Below, piece by piece: positions 1-11,385 of a stretch of 64,000 nucleotides of DNA; the first letter of the stretch is position 1; each line of letters starts with the position of its first letter. Under the pieces are notes generated by a model. The model was not told the origin of the DNA, searched no databases, and was given only the letters and a program-made list of their open reading frames with translations. The DNA is from Vicugna vicugna (lineage: Eukaryota). Where the stretch lies: the NCBI GenBank assembly GCA_013265495.1, contig MU058103.1, positions 1,062,870 through 1,126,869 of the forward strand, read 5' to 3'. The translations under genes were made by a program, and so were the position numbers.

Positions 1-48
1 TTATCGTTAAGCATGTGCTTTTTACACGAATGAGAAATATTTTGCAAA

Positions 49-170
49 CTGACCTTGAGAAAGCTGCTAAAACCGTTCTGAGCCTCTGCTTCCTCATGTA
101 TATAAAATGGGAGAAAATGTATACCTAGCAGGTACAGTGAGTCTGGGCTGGACTATGCACTCATTAAGTG
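49..170 (+). mobile_element. MIR SINE fragment (core)
   Basis: tgaccttgag...tctgagcctctgcttcctcat...taaaatggg resembles the MIR core consensus. Confidence 0.6.
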
Positions 171-600
171 AAACTCTGGTTCATTATCATTATATTATTC
201 TAATGATTGTGTTCAGATATAATCCAAAATACATAATTATTGAGTAGTTTTTAAACATTTAGTGTAAAAGATACATTAAGCCCTTTAATTTGCAAGGTTT
301 CTATTTCTCTACAAGATGCCATTTGCCCTTTCCAGCACAGGGATCTCTTTCTGTGTCCTCTTTGCTCTCTCTCATGAGCTCTTACATTTATTCTGTCTGA
401 CGCACTCAAATCCATTAAGTCTAATGAACATCTGTTCTGACATTACACTGCTTAAATGTGGCCAGTGTGCCTTATGATTTTTGCTTTTAACAGTGACTTT
501 GCATAGTCTGTATTTCTAAGATTTAGCAGAGCTGAACGTCACTTTAATATTCCTGAGATCCAGAGAGTAGCTGTTAAATTTCTACCAACACCTTTAAAAT

Positions 601-975
601 TTATATATTTATTTAAATTTTTTTATATTGAAGTATAGTCAGTTTACAATGTTGTCTCAATTTCTGGTGTACAGTATAATGTTTCAGTCATACATACACA
701 TACATATATTCCTTTTCATATTTTTTTTTCATTGCGGGTTACTACAAGATATTGAATATAGTTCCCTTTGTTCAACAGAAGAAAGTTGTTGTTTATCTAT
801 TTTATATATAGTAGTTAATATTTGGAAATCTCAAACTCCCAATTTATCCCTTCCCACCCTCTTTCTCCCTGGTAACCATAAGTGTGTTTATGATGTCTGT
901 GAGTCTGTGTCTGTTTTGTAGATAAGTTCATTGTGTCTTCTTTTTTCTTTTTTTAGATTCCACATGTGAGTGACA
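601..975 (-). mobile_element. L1 3'UTR fragment, cetartiodactyl/camelid type
   Basis: T-rich tail, then ttgaagtatagtcagtttacaatgttg...ccctggtaaccataag...ttttagattccacatgtgagtga (antisense L1 3' end). Confidence 0.85.
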
Positions 976-1052
976 CTTTTCTTTTTAACTGAAGTATAGT
1001 CAGTCAGTTTACAATGTTGTGATAATTTCTGGTATACATCATAGTGATTTAT

Positions 1053-1079
1053 ACACACACACACACACACACACACACA
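1053..1079. repeat. (AC)n microsatellite inside L1 3'UTR
   Basis: direct read. Confidence 0.95.
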
Positions 1080-1193
1080 TTCCTTTTCATATTCTTTTTC
1101 ATTGTAGGCTATTACAAGGTTTTGAATTCAATTCCCTGTTCTATACAGTAGGACCTTATTGCTTATCTATTTTAGATATTGTTGTTTATCTGC

Positions 1194-1248
1194 TATATAT
1201 ATATATATATATAAATTATATATATATTTATATATATATATATATATA
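1194..1248. repeat. interrupted (TA)n microsatellite
   Basis: direct read. Confidence 0.95.
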
Positions 1249-2389
1249 AAATCTATTTTGAGTATCTGCAAATCCCAAACTCCCAATTTATCCCTCCCCA
1301 CTCCCTTCCCCCAGTAAACATAAGTTTGCTTTCTCTATCTGTGAGTATTTCTGTTTTATGAGCAAGTTTATTTGTATCATAATTTAGATTCCACATATAA
1401 GTGATATAATATAATATTTATCTTTCTCTTTCTGGCTTACTTCACTTAGTATGACAATCTCCAGGTCCATCCATGTTGCTGCAAATGGCATTATTTCATT
1501 CTTTTTTATGACTGGATGGTATTCCATTGTATATGTATATTACAACTTCTTTATTCAGTCATCTGTCTATGAACATTTAGGCTGCATCTGTGTCTTGGCT
1601 ATTGTAAACAGTGCTGCTATGAACACTGGGGTGTGTGTATCTTTTCAAATTAGAGTTCCCTCCAGATATATGCCCAGGAGTGGGATTGCTGGATCATATG
1701 TCTACCAGGACTTTTGAATGTTGATCATATAAAAGATGCAGCACTAGTCACTACAGGGAGATATAAACCTAAGCACGGCTCTGCCTCTACCCTTGAAGTT
1801 CAAGGCCTTCGATCCAGTAGTCTCCCATTAAACACGCTGAGAAGAGTCCTCACTGTGCTATTCTCCGCTATTCTCCACCACTGTGAATTGGATCTGTTGA
1901 GTCAAGCAAATGTTGACTGGGCAGCCTCTCACGTGCCAGATCGGGGGCTACATGCCTGGAAAATGGGGCTGAAAATGGCACATGCTCCATCCGATGGAGC
2001 AGGTAATTCAGAGTCAGAGATAGAGGAGAACAAAAGCATAGTATTTCTACACAGTAGGAGAAACATTTTACTTGAAGGAAGCACAAGGGGTGTTGGTGCT
2101 AATGAGAGAAAGAATAAACTGGACTAGAGATTGAGGAAAACCTTGAGGAAAAAATGACCTGATCAAGGTTTGTTAAAAAGACTGCTAATAGTAGCTTCCG
2201 TATTTTGATTCTTGTAATAATCAAAAGGAACCCTTGCCTCAGTGTTTAACATGGAGTATATACTCAGTGTTAGATGTTAGCATTGTATGTGATTTTAACA
2301 TTTATAACAATTACATGTTATTTTAACATTTGTAACAATTAATTTATAATAATTATCATTATTGAGTAATACTTTTCTAAGTAGAAATA

Positions 2390-3110
2390 ATTGAGGAGAG
2401 AGGGGCATTTCATGCCATAGGAACACAGTTTTGAAAAAGCATGGTCTGTGTGAAGTTGCTACATACTGTTGTGTTAGGAGTGTAGGATCAGGGTGAGGAT
2501 GGATGGCAAATGAGCAGGGGCGGGTTGGGAGAGGGCAGATGCGTCATGCCGGGCCACCTAGATGTTATCCTGCTTGAGAAGAGAAAGTTTTAAGGAAATA
2601 AATGACTCCAATTTATTTTTAGAAAAACTGCTCAGCAACCACATGGAACAGTGGTATTAGAAGTTTAAGATAAAAGACCAGAAGAATAGTTAGAGGTCTG
2701 TTGTGGTGGGACAAGTGAGAAGGGGTGACGGCCTGAACTTCGGGCAGCACTAGAAGAGGAAAGGCCACAGTGGAGTGTGTGGGGCAATGCTCCCGGCACT
2801 TTACCTGATAACTCGATGGCAGTAAGAAGGAGACAGAAGGATCAATGAGAGCATCAGGATTTCTGTCTGGATGGCTGGTGCAGTGGCTCAGTTTGGGGCA
2901 TGTTGACATTAAAGCACCAAGTGGAGAGTCCAACAGGCATTGTCGCCAGATGCACCTGGAGCTCAGGTCCAGCATCGCTGTTGGAAAGAGCGGATTGGGA
3001 GTCTTCCGCACATAGAATAACACTACTACCAGTGGATGAAATGGTCGCGTAGGGCCTCTAGATGAGCAGGAGAAGAGGGCTAAGTACAGAAGGCGGTGGA
3101 GTTTGGAACA
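2390..3110 (-). mobile_element. L2 LINE fragment
   Basis: purine-rich antisense L2 motifs (agtttggggcatgttga, tggagctcagg, gagaagagggctaag). Confidence 0.6.
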
Positions 3111-3190
3111 TATTCAGGGATGGAATGGCTCTGAGTAGAAAAGTGGCAAGGTCAGAGTGGTCTCCGGGGCCTGAAGCTGATAGCTGTTAA

Positions 3191-3371
3191 AGCGGTTATC
3201 AAACAATAATGTGGATAATGAACAACCGGGGATCCCATAATAATGAAGGCTTCCTGGCCCCACTAAGGGAATCTGAGTAGACCCAGCCTGGGACCTAGGA
3301 AGTTTAATTTCCCAGCAGGCATCCAGGTGATCGGATGTCAGAGGTTCACTGATCAAGTTTGAGAAACACAG
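3191..3371 (+). mobile_element. MER5-type hAT-Charlie MITE
   Basis: TIR-like ends gcggttatcaaac ... agtttgagaaacac; internal ctggccccac, ccaggtgat. Confidence 0.65.
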
Positions 3372-5329
3372 AGGATGCTAACACGCAGGTGGGAGAAGAT
3401 GGGGCCCAGCGAGCTTGACTGTCAAAATGCTCTACTTGAGGAACTAGATGGGAGTCTCCTCTCGATTTGCTTGGTAACAAAAGAAAACCGTGCTACCAAT
3501 CTTCAGTTATCTCCTGAGCCAAAAGTATCATCCAAACCCACGTCAAAACTTCACACACCCAGAGCAGAGTCTGCAGACACAAATAAAAGTCAGGCTGGGG
3601 AAAATGAAGGAAATCCAATGCAATATATTTGTATTCTGTCACTGAGGCACTGTCTAATGTTGCTGTAACTATGATGTATAGGTCTATCAAAGCATGTGTT
3701 ACCATGGTCTGAATTTCCCGACTGGAGAAAAATGATTAATGGAGAGATTTGCATTCGATGTGGGCTTGGACATCAATATTTCAGCTTAGGTAAACAGAAG
3801 CTTTACCTAATTTATTGGCTCTCATTATGGATGGCTTGTAGAAGCCAAATTCCCCCTCTGCCTCCAAAATGACCTTTCATGCTCTACAAATCAATCTAGA
3901 AGAAGTGAAGCAAGTTGGTTAATATTTTAGTGAGAAAAAAAAATGACTTCACATGTCAGAGACTTAATTGTTGTGATTTTGACCCATTTTGAAATTAGTT
4001 AACATTTGCTTCAGGCCTCTGACTTCATGCATTATTTATTTTCATCTTGGCCGCGCTTAAGTCTCTCCATGTGCAGTATGCCTACAACATGTAAGAAGCT
4101 TTTTCTAAATACTATGCTTGAAAAATCGAATTATGAGGTAGAAAATGTAAAACTAAAAAAGTGTCTTGTCTACACACATGCATGCACACACACACATCTG
4201 CACACAGACACATTATTTCCAGCTGAGCTGCTTTTGGATATATTTTGGCTCTCACTGGCAGAGTTTCGAGATGTTACAGCCAGCATTATAGAGCAATTTT
4301 CCTGTAAGAGTTTTATGTTGCGAAGTATGTCAGAAGTTAATCAAAGGGTAACAATGCAAAAGCCCCTGCATTCGCTTCCTGGAGGCTGGGGCCAGCCCCT
4401 GCTGTCAGTCACTGTCAAAACTATAGCACTCAGGGGCGTAGTATGCCTTTTTCTCTCTGGCGAGAAAAATGTTCCTGCCCACAAAGGTCAATGCCTTTAT
4501 GGCATAAATCTATTAGCCTATTGTTGTGGTATGAATCCCAAGGAGATGGCATCTCGTCAGCCGTCTGGCTCAGATGCACGGTCTACACAGCTTCCTACAG
4601 CCAGCAACTACGTCCTGCTCCTTGCCTCTTACTGTCAGCATCAGCTTTGGTCTAGTCTATCATAACCTCTGCCTCCTGGTGAGTACTCACTTAGACCTGA
4701 CCTTGACAGTGGCTAGCTATGACTTGTTCCATATAATCACTGGAGAAGAGTGCTTTTGGAATCACTGAACATGCTACACTTTCCAGCCAGCCTGGGCACC
4801 CTTAGTGCTTGGATGCGGAAAGGTAGTCCAGGAGAAACTTCCATCACATCAGCTCTGTGAATGGAGGGGCATTTAGAAGCTCTCACAGGAAAAAAATGCT
4901 CAGAAACTCCTGCATATTTCTAAGATGTTTACTACCTTCTGATCACCTACATTCCTTTCAGTGTTAACACTCATTCGAAGTTAAACAAAAACCAGTGTAA
5001 AGATGAGGCTCGACAGCTGTTTCCCAGATGTACAGAAATAACCACTGCAGCTGCCTGAAACTAGGGCATTTGCATTTGCATCGGTTTGGATTAAATCTTT
5101 CATTGATTTGGGTCATCATTTATGTAAGAAGTTCACAGAACAAAGGATGCGGGTGCCCGAAAGCAGCCATTTTAAATCTTCAAGCAAGAATATAGAAACT
5201 CTGGGAATGCCATTTGCCTGGTAAAAAGGCAGTCTTGTTCAAGGTGATTTTCGTTAAGAATCAACTTTGTTCACAGTACATTGTCTCCACGTGCTAAAGC
5301 CCCACTCATTTGTCCAACTTCATTGTCAC

Positions 5330-5480
5330 CTTTTCCTGGAAACTGCTTCCAGGTCCTGGGGTTGCAATTAATTGATACCTTCCCTCTGGATTTTGGAATC
5401 AAACTCATCTAAACTTGAATGTGATGCTCTCATTTCCTAGCAGTGCTTATTGAAGTCAATGCTCAGTGAATGCTTATGGA
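5330..5480 (+). mobile_element. L2 3' end
   Basis: cctagcagtgc...aatgctcagtgaatgctta resembles the L2 terminus. Confidence 0.45.
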
Positions 5481-5496
5481 ATCTGAATGCCAATAG

Positions 5497-5564
5497 GATG
5501 GATGGATGGATGGAAGGAAGGAAGGATAGCAGGGAGGGAGGAATAGAGGGAGAAAGGAAGGAAA
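5497..5564. repeat. (GGAT)n(GGAA)n purine-rich simple repeat
   Basis: direct read. Confidence 0.85.
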
Positions 5565-6029
5565 GTACATTTCTATTAAGTGAAAATACATAGTTTTAGG
5601 GCAAATATTTATATGGTCATTTATAATTCAAAAGCATTTTCACTCTGTTACGGCTGAAATATCATTTTAATATTCTCATATGTTCTGTAGTGTGGGCTTA
5701 TCAATATCCTTTGATAATTTTCAGATGGAGGAAACCGGAGTCTTATAAATCCAAATCCTAAATTCTCTTTCACACCCTGATTTTTTGTGGAGTTCAATAC
5801 AATTGAACTTCTTTTCTCTTAAATTCAGACTCCCAGTTCATCTCAGTGTCTTGGTTTTCCTCTTATTTACAGGATTCCTCCCTAGCAATTTTTTTTTCTT
5901 CTTTTCTCTGAAACACTGTTCCACCCTCCCATCTGGATCAGGTTTTATCACATTGGCTCACTTTCCTTGTCTGGTGATCATAAGCATGATGCTCATTATC
6001 TTAACAAACCCAGGACATCTTCTCAGAGC

Positions 6030-6985
6030 AAGAAATACTGTTTACGGCTAAAAGCCCAAGATGGCTTACAAATCCTTCAAAAGCAACGTGTCCAAGACTG
6101 AATGTATTGCCTTTCCTGCCAGGACTGCTCTTCCTACACATCATCCACCCAGTCTCTGAAACCACAAACCTCTGTGTCTTTATCAGCATCTCCCTTGCCC
6201 TCACCTTCCATGTCCAGTCAGTCACCACATCCTGTCAATCTCGACTCTAAAATTGTCTTTCCAACCTAACCTCTCCTCCATCACCCTTGCCATCTTTCAC
6301 CTGGACTGCTCATAGCACCCGCAGTGGATTCGTTTTTACCAGCTTTGCCTGCTACGAACTTATCTTTCTCCAATGCCACAGACATCTCCTACCTTACAAT
6401 AAGTAAATAAACAAACCATTAAATCTTTTCCTGTGTGTCTTCGTGTCTGTATAACTTACCTCCCTCTCATCTTCAGGGAAGGTCCTTTCTTAGTTAATCA
6501 CATCATTTGTTTATTCATGACATTCTTCATCTGAATCTAATCTCCATCCTTATCCGTATCACCGTCCCAAGCCCCTCACTCCATACCCTCCCATTAAAGA
6601 CCTCGTATTTTCTAACTATATAGCCTTCCTGAGCTTTTCGAAGATAATATGCCTGTCTGCACCACCACACTCTTGTGTACACAGTTTTTGTTTGTCTGTT
6701 TCATTTTGTTTGTGTTCTGCCCGGCGTGCCATTCATTTTGCCTAGCAGACTACCCTTCATTCTTGAAGTGTGAGTTTAATGAAAATAGCCCTGACTCTTA
6801 GAAGGCTCTTCCTTCTGTGCGTGTGCCTCGGTGGAACCTCGGCGTCCCTCTGTTAAGAACAGTTTTTTTGCTTTTAAATTTCCTTTCTCTCACCCACCAA
6901 CTTGTAAGCATCCTCAGATCACAGTCTCTTTTAGTCCTCAGTACCTGACAATTTGTTTCAATCAATTTTTTGTTAAATAAATGAA
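6030..6985 (+). mobile_element. L2 LINE fragment
   Basis: ttcaaaagcaacgtgtccaagactgaa, ccagtcagtcaccacatcctgtcaa, tail tgttaaataaatgaa. Confidence 0.65.
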
Positions 6986-9501
6986 ACTTTTATTTTGTCC
7001 ACCTTGAAACTTGAGCTTTCATTCTTTTCTTTCTTCTATTTTAAGACCTATATTTTGTTCCTTTAATTATCTTTAGTAGCACACTTTTTATCCTCAATCA
7101 AAGAAAGATGAACAAGTACTGTGTGTCCACGATGGGGTGTGAAATCTTTGACATAAATGTTAAGTTCTCACCTTTAACTTTTTACCCCTGTGGAAAAATT
7201 AACCATATAAATTTTTACTTATTCAGGCATTCTTTTCACTCAATGAGCTCTTATCAGAAATACAATTTGTACTGTGCAGACACTGTGCAGGACAATTAGG
7301 GAGCATAAGTAATTGTAATATCATTAAATATAAACATCCATTGATTCAGTCCAGGGTGTTTTGCTATTAAAGAAGTCCATTAATGCCCAAACAGACTTCA
7401 GTCATCATTCATCTCTTTCAAAGACCAGTGAAGAGGATTGGAGGACCTGATCCTTAAACTTTTAAAATTCTCTTCTATTGTATTCTTTAGCACCACTGTC
7501 TTATCCTTAGTGTCTCTTACTCCCTTATGTGGAAAATAACAAACTAAGTCAGTAATTAGCACTCCCCCTCCTCTCTTCCTCTCTTTCTCTCTGGTTTATG
7601 CTCTTCTTACCTAATGATGCTGCGTCCTGGGTTCAATGCACTGCCCCCACGCTGTGTGCTCTCCACTTTACCAATGTGTTTCTTCTTCTCTGTTCTCCTG
7701 AGAATCAGCTCTCTTGGTCCTGTCCTTCCTGACCCCATCTCCTTTCCTCCCAGCTTTCTAGTTCTGTGTTCCCTTCCAGTCATTCCAATTCTGAGTCACA
7801 GATTTCTAAAATCTGGTCTGGAAATGAAAGAACTATGCTCAAATGAAGGGGGAGCAGTGTAGGGAAGAGCAATGCAAGTGGCAAAGCCCCACGCTCGTTT
7901 TGTTTTGTTTGAGCAGAGAATGAGGAAGTTGTGAACAGGCCTGTTAACAACGTTGATCTCATCAGTGATTGCGAGGTGGTCACCTCCTTTACACACTGCA
8001 GTATGACAGGGAAGGAGAACACACTAAACCATTAACCACCACCTTACGTGAAGCATGCTATTGTAGAATTATGTGCAGGGCATTCTGAGGACATCCCCCA
8101 AAACACTTTAGCTCTAGTTTGGAAGAAATGGAAATAAGATTATCAGAAAATGGTTACTGGTTATGATGAATAATTTTAAAAGGATATACTTACATTTGCT
8201 TGGTGATTGCAGGTAAATGTCAGTTGGAATCTTGAAGGGAAATTAGATGATGAATTTAACAAGTTTAGGACTCACTGTAAAGCATCTTCATCAATGATCA
8301 GAATTTTTGTTAAGCTACTTATACTAGGTGTGTTGGGAAGATGCCAGCCTAGATGGATTATAGCCGTCACAGTGTCCTTTGCAAATCCAAGAAACTATTT
8401 TCCCTTCCTAGTGCAACTTCTTAATGCCAGTTTGCCTTCTCCCATAATCTTAATGAAGATTGATTTCTAATGCTGCCATTTCATATGTCTTATAACTAGT
8501 AAAGCATAAAATGTCTTCTTTTGAAATGTTACATAAAGCATGGAAGAACAATGGTACTGAAATGCGATGTTAAGACTGTGTATTCAAGTAAAAATGTTTA
8601 CACTGATAATTTCAATACATATAAATGAAAAGGCCTTTCACCTTGATTTCTGTGAGGATGAATTTGTATCTCAATGTCTGACATTGTTTGGACATTAAAA
8701 TAAAAGGGTCATGATCTTGAGTCATGATAATTAACATAACTTGAAGGTGTAGAGTTCTAGAATCTTAGAGAAATCATAGAGTTTCTGCTGAAATGCCTGG
8801 TACTCTTAATCCTTTCATAAAAATAATAACAAAACATATCAATCATGGTTAATTATGCACTTCCTTGAAAAGATAGTGAACATAGTCCAAGGGAAGCCTT
8901 CTCTGTTACATATTTTGAAATATATAAATCCCATTGCATCAAAATGTTTTCAGTATTATTTCATGCTGAGGGAAATACTCACATTTATGAATATGATTAC
9001 AGATTTAGGATTAGACCACTCACTTCCATAACAGTGGGAATTAAAGTTGCTGATTAACATGTGGGGCTTTGGAGAAGTCAGATCATAGGAGAGTACAGGC
9101 ATGTTGCACTTGCTGTCTCGGAGGCGTTTTGTAAGTAGCCTGGATTCATTCACGAGACCCCTCCCGAGCTAACGAGGTAGGATACTGCTGGGGCTCTTTG
9201 CATTCAGAAAATCGGCGTTAGAGAGAGTCAATGACTCCAAAATGGCTCTTATTTCATCCTGCCAGGTCATTTCTGGAGGCTAGACTCAACGCGGGTCTAA
9301 ATTCCACAGGTGATGTTTGAGTGACTTGATAGGAACATTAGTTTCTCTTATTGCACTTTTGTTTCTTTTCCTGAATTATGGCGTGAGATTCTGTTATTTG
9401 TACTGAGAAAAAAAATGAACGTATTTGGATGCTTTATATTAAGCATCTTATTTTCCACTGTATGTCTTACTCATTCTGTTTCTATGTTTCCTCCTTTCTA
9501 G

Positions 9502-9553
9502 ATAAATCACATTTTCACCGGACACATTGGACTGAAAGACAAGGTTGAATAAG
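9502..9553 (+). other. Candidate 52-nt spliced exon, non-coding or poison (stops in all three frames)
   Basis: Branch-like ctcAt (A 9473), about 55 nt AG-free pyrimidine-rich tract ending cctcctttctag, consensus donor AAG|GTAAGT. Confidence 0.5.
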
Positions 9554-11124
9554 GTAAGTCAATTGGGGAGCTCCTATTAATACCCACATATTGTAGCCAA
9601 CAATTCTTTGGTGAATCTAAATTTAACCAATCTGGCTTCACAGTGTGATCAGGTCTGACTCTGCTGCCTTCTTTGGTCAGATCCCCATAAAGGACTGAGT
9701 TCATAAAAGCAAACACTACGGATGGCTAAAGCAATTACTGTTTTGGTCTGTTGGCCTCAAATTGGTCAGCAAAATGTGACAGTGCCTACACATACAGAAA
9801 AAACATGGAGATTTTCTTTGTGATGCCTTCAAACTGTCAGGTAAAGGTAAGATTATGAGAAAAGCTATCTGGACTAGGATTATCACCCAGGAATTCGTCC
9901 ACTGGCCTGAGAAGAGGGAATCCAGGAGGCTGCAATGTCTTAGGACACTTCTGACCCATTAAGGGAACAGGCGGCATGGCATCCTCCTTAGTCTGATGGG
10001 TAGAAACAGTCTAAAGACAATGCATGCTTTGAAATTGATTCCGGGTGAAGGGAAGTAACAGTGGACTGGGCGAGGCCAGAACACGGCGAAGCCCAGCCAG
10101 TGCTGATCTCTCCGGGGGAATCTAGCTCCTGGGAAGAGACTTCCAGTACTACCCTTTTGGTCTTTCTGGCTCTGCTTTTAGAATTGTTTTCCTAGTGTAA
10201 ACAAAATGACTTTTCTTTGAAGCAGTTGTGAAATGTGTAGCTAAAGTCTTAAAAATATGTCTGTTGATTTACTAATTCAATTTGGGAGAATCCTTTTTAA
10301 GGAAATCATGAAACACAGTACTAACATTTATATTCAAACCTTTTCTTTTTACTTTGACACTCTTTATGATAATGAAACACTAAGAAAAACCTACTACCCA
10401 ATAATTCAGAGGTTATTAAATAAATAAAGATCTACTCACATGGTGGAGTATTATGTAGATGTTAAAATTATGGTTTTGAAAATATTTCAATCCCAATAGA
10501 AAATGTTGAAGTGAGTTAAAAAGTAGTATACATAATTTTCAATTTAGACACAGAAATTAGATGGGAAGGAAATACAGCATGTGGGATGCAGATGTATCCC
10601 CATTTTAACATCTCTGAAATCAGCACATGTCCTACTATTAATGGCACCTCCTAGTTATAATCGAAAGCATGTTTTTTCTATTATAATGGGAGATAAACTA
10701 ATGTTGCATCTGTCTATCAATGACAGGCATCTTAGATTTGGGGAAAAAAATGAGGATGCTAATACAATAAGGTCACATGTCACTGAGTGGTATAACTCTG
10801 CATCTTCCCAATGAATATTTATTGTATGTACATTTAGACAAGAGGCAACGATTTCAATCCACTGATGTATGACATTCTTCATATACAAAATGAATTTTTA
10901 CCAGATTTCTGTTTGGAAATCCAAAATACTTTGGTTTATTTATGTACTTCACCTTCCAACAACGTGGTTCCCTCACGCATCCCGCTGCATTCCGAGAGCC
11001 CTTGATGAGTGTGCCTTCCCCACTAATTTCTCCTCCCATCTGAGCTCTTTCTCCTGGCCCATTCAGTCCATTTTTCTCTACTGCTCTCCTCCACTGATAT
11101 ACCTCAAATATTGCTAACAAATGC

Positions 11125-11385
11125 TCAATAGAAGGGCTGGGGACTACATAAGAAGGATGTGGCTTGGAATTTGCCAAGTCTGAGGTTTAGAACATCCTTC
11201 TGCCTCTCACTGACTACATGACCTTGGGCAAGTCATTAGCCTCCCTGTAAGCCAATTTTCTCTTCTGTAAAATAAAGATTGTAGCATGTGTCTCATAGGG
11301 ATGTTGTATGGATTTCATGAGCTAAGGTGTGTAAAGCAGTAGGCATGTGCTCTCATGTCTATTTAATAAACGTTCATTTTGCTCA
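11125..11385 (+). mobile_element. MIR SINE
   Basis: tgaccttgggcaagtcattagcctccctgtaagcc...ctgtaaaat...gtgtgtaaagca. Confidence 0.75.

Larger units (their letters stand above)
976..1700 (-). mobile_element. 5'-truncated L1 (ORF2 C-terminus plus 3'UTR)
   Basis: ctgaagtatagtcag...ccatccatgttgctgcaaatggc...gggattgctggatcatatg; ORF 1451-1717 is the typical antisense reading of the L1 ORF2 end. Confidence 0.9.

Noticed and set aside
1451..1717. 88-aa ORF resembling database 'hypothetical proteins'
   Set aside because: Antisense reading of the L1 ORF2 end.
4006..4665. Longest ORF (219 aa)
   Set aside because: TTG start, runs through a CA-rich repeat (HACTHTHLHT), no recognisable domain.
7780..8030. 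Overlapping short ORFs and acceptor-like tttgagcag
   Set aside because: No good donor and no recognisable peptide in any frame.
8195..8220. AG|GT junction gattgcag|gtaaat as a recursive site
   Set aside because: Weak pyrimidine tract and donor lacks +5 G.
8275..8400. Minus-strand peptide ...KILIIDEDALQ (Walker-B-like) ending at a GTGAGT donor
   Set aside because: No pyrimidine-rich acceptor, in-frame stop upstream, no Walker A or recognisable family.
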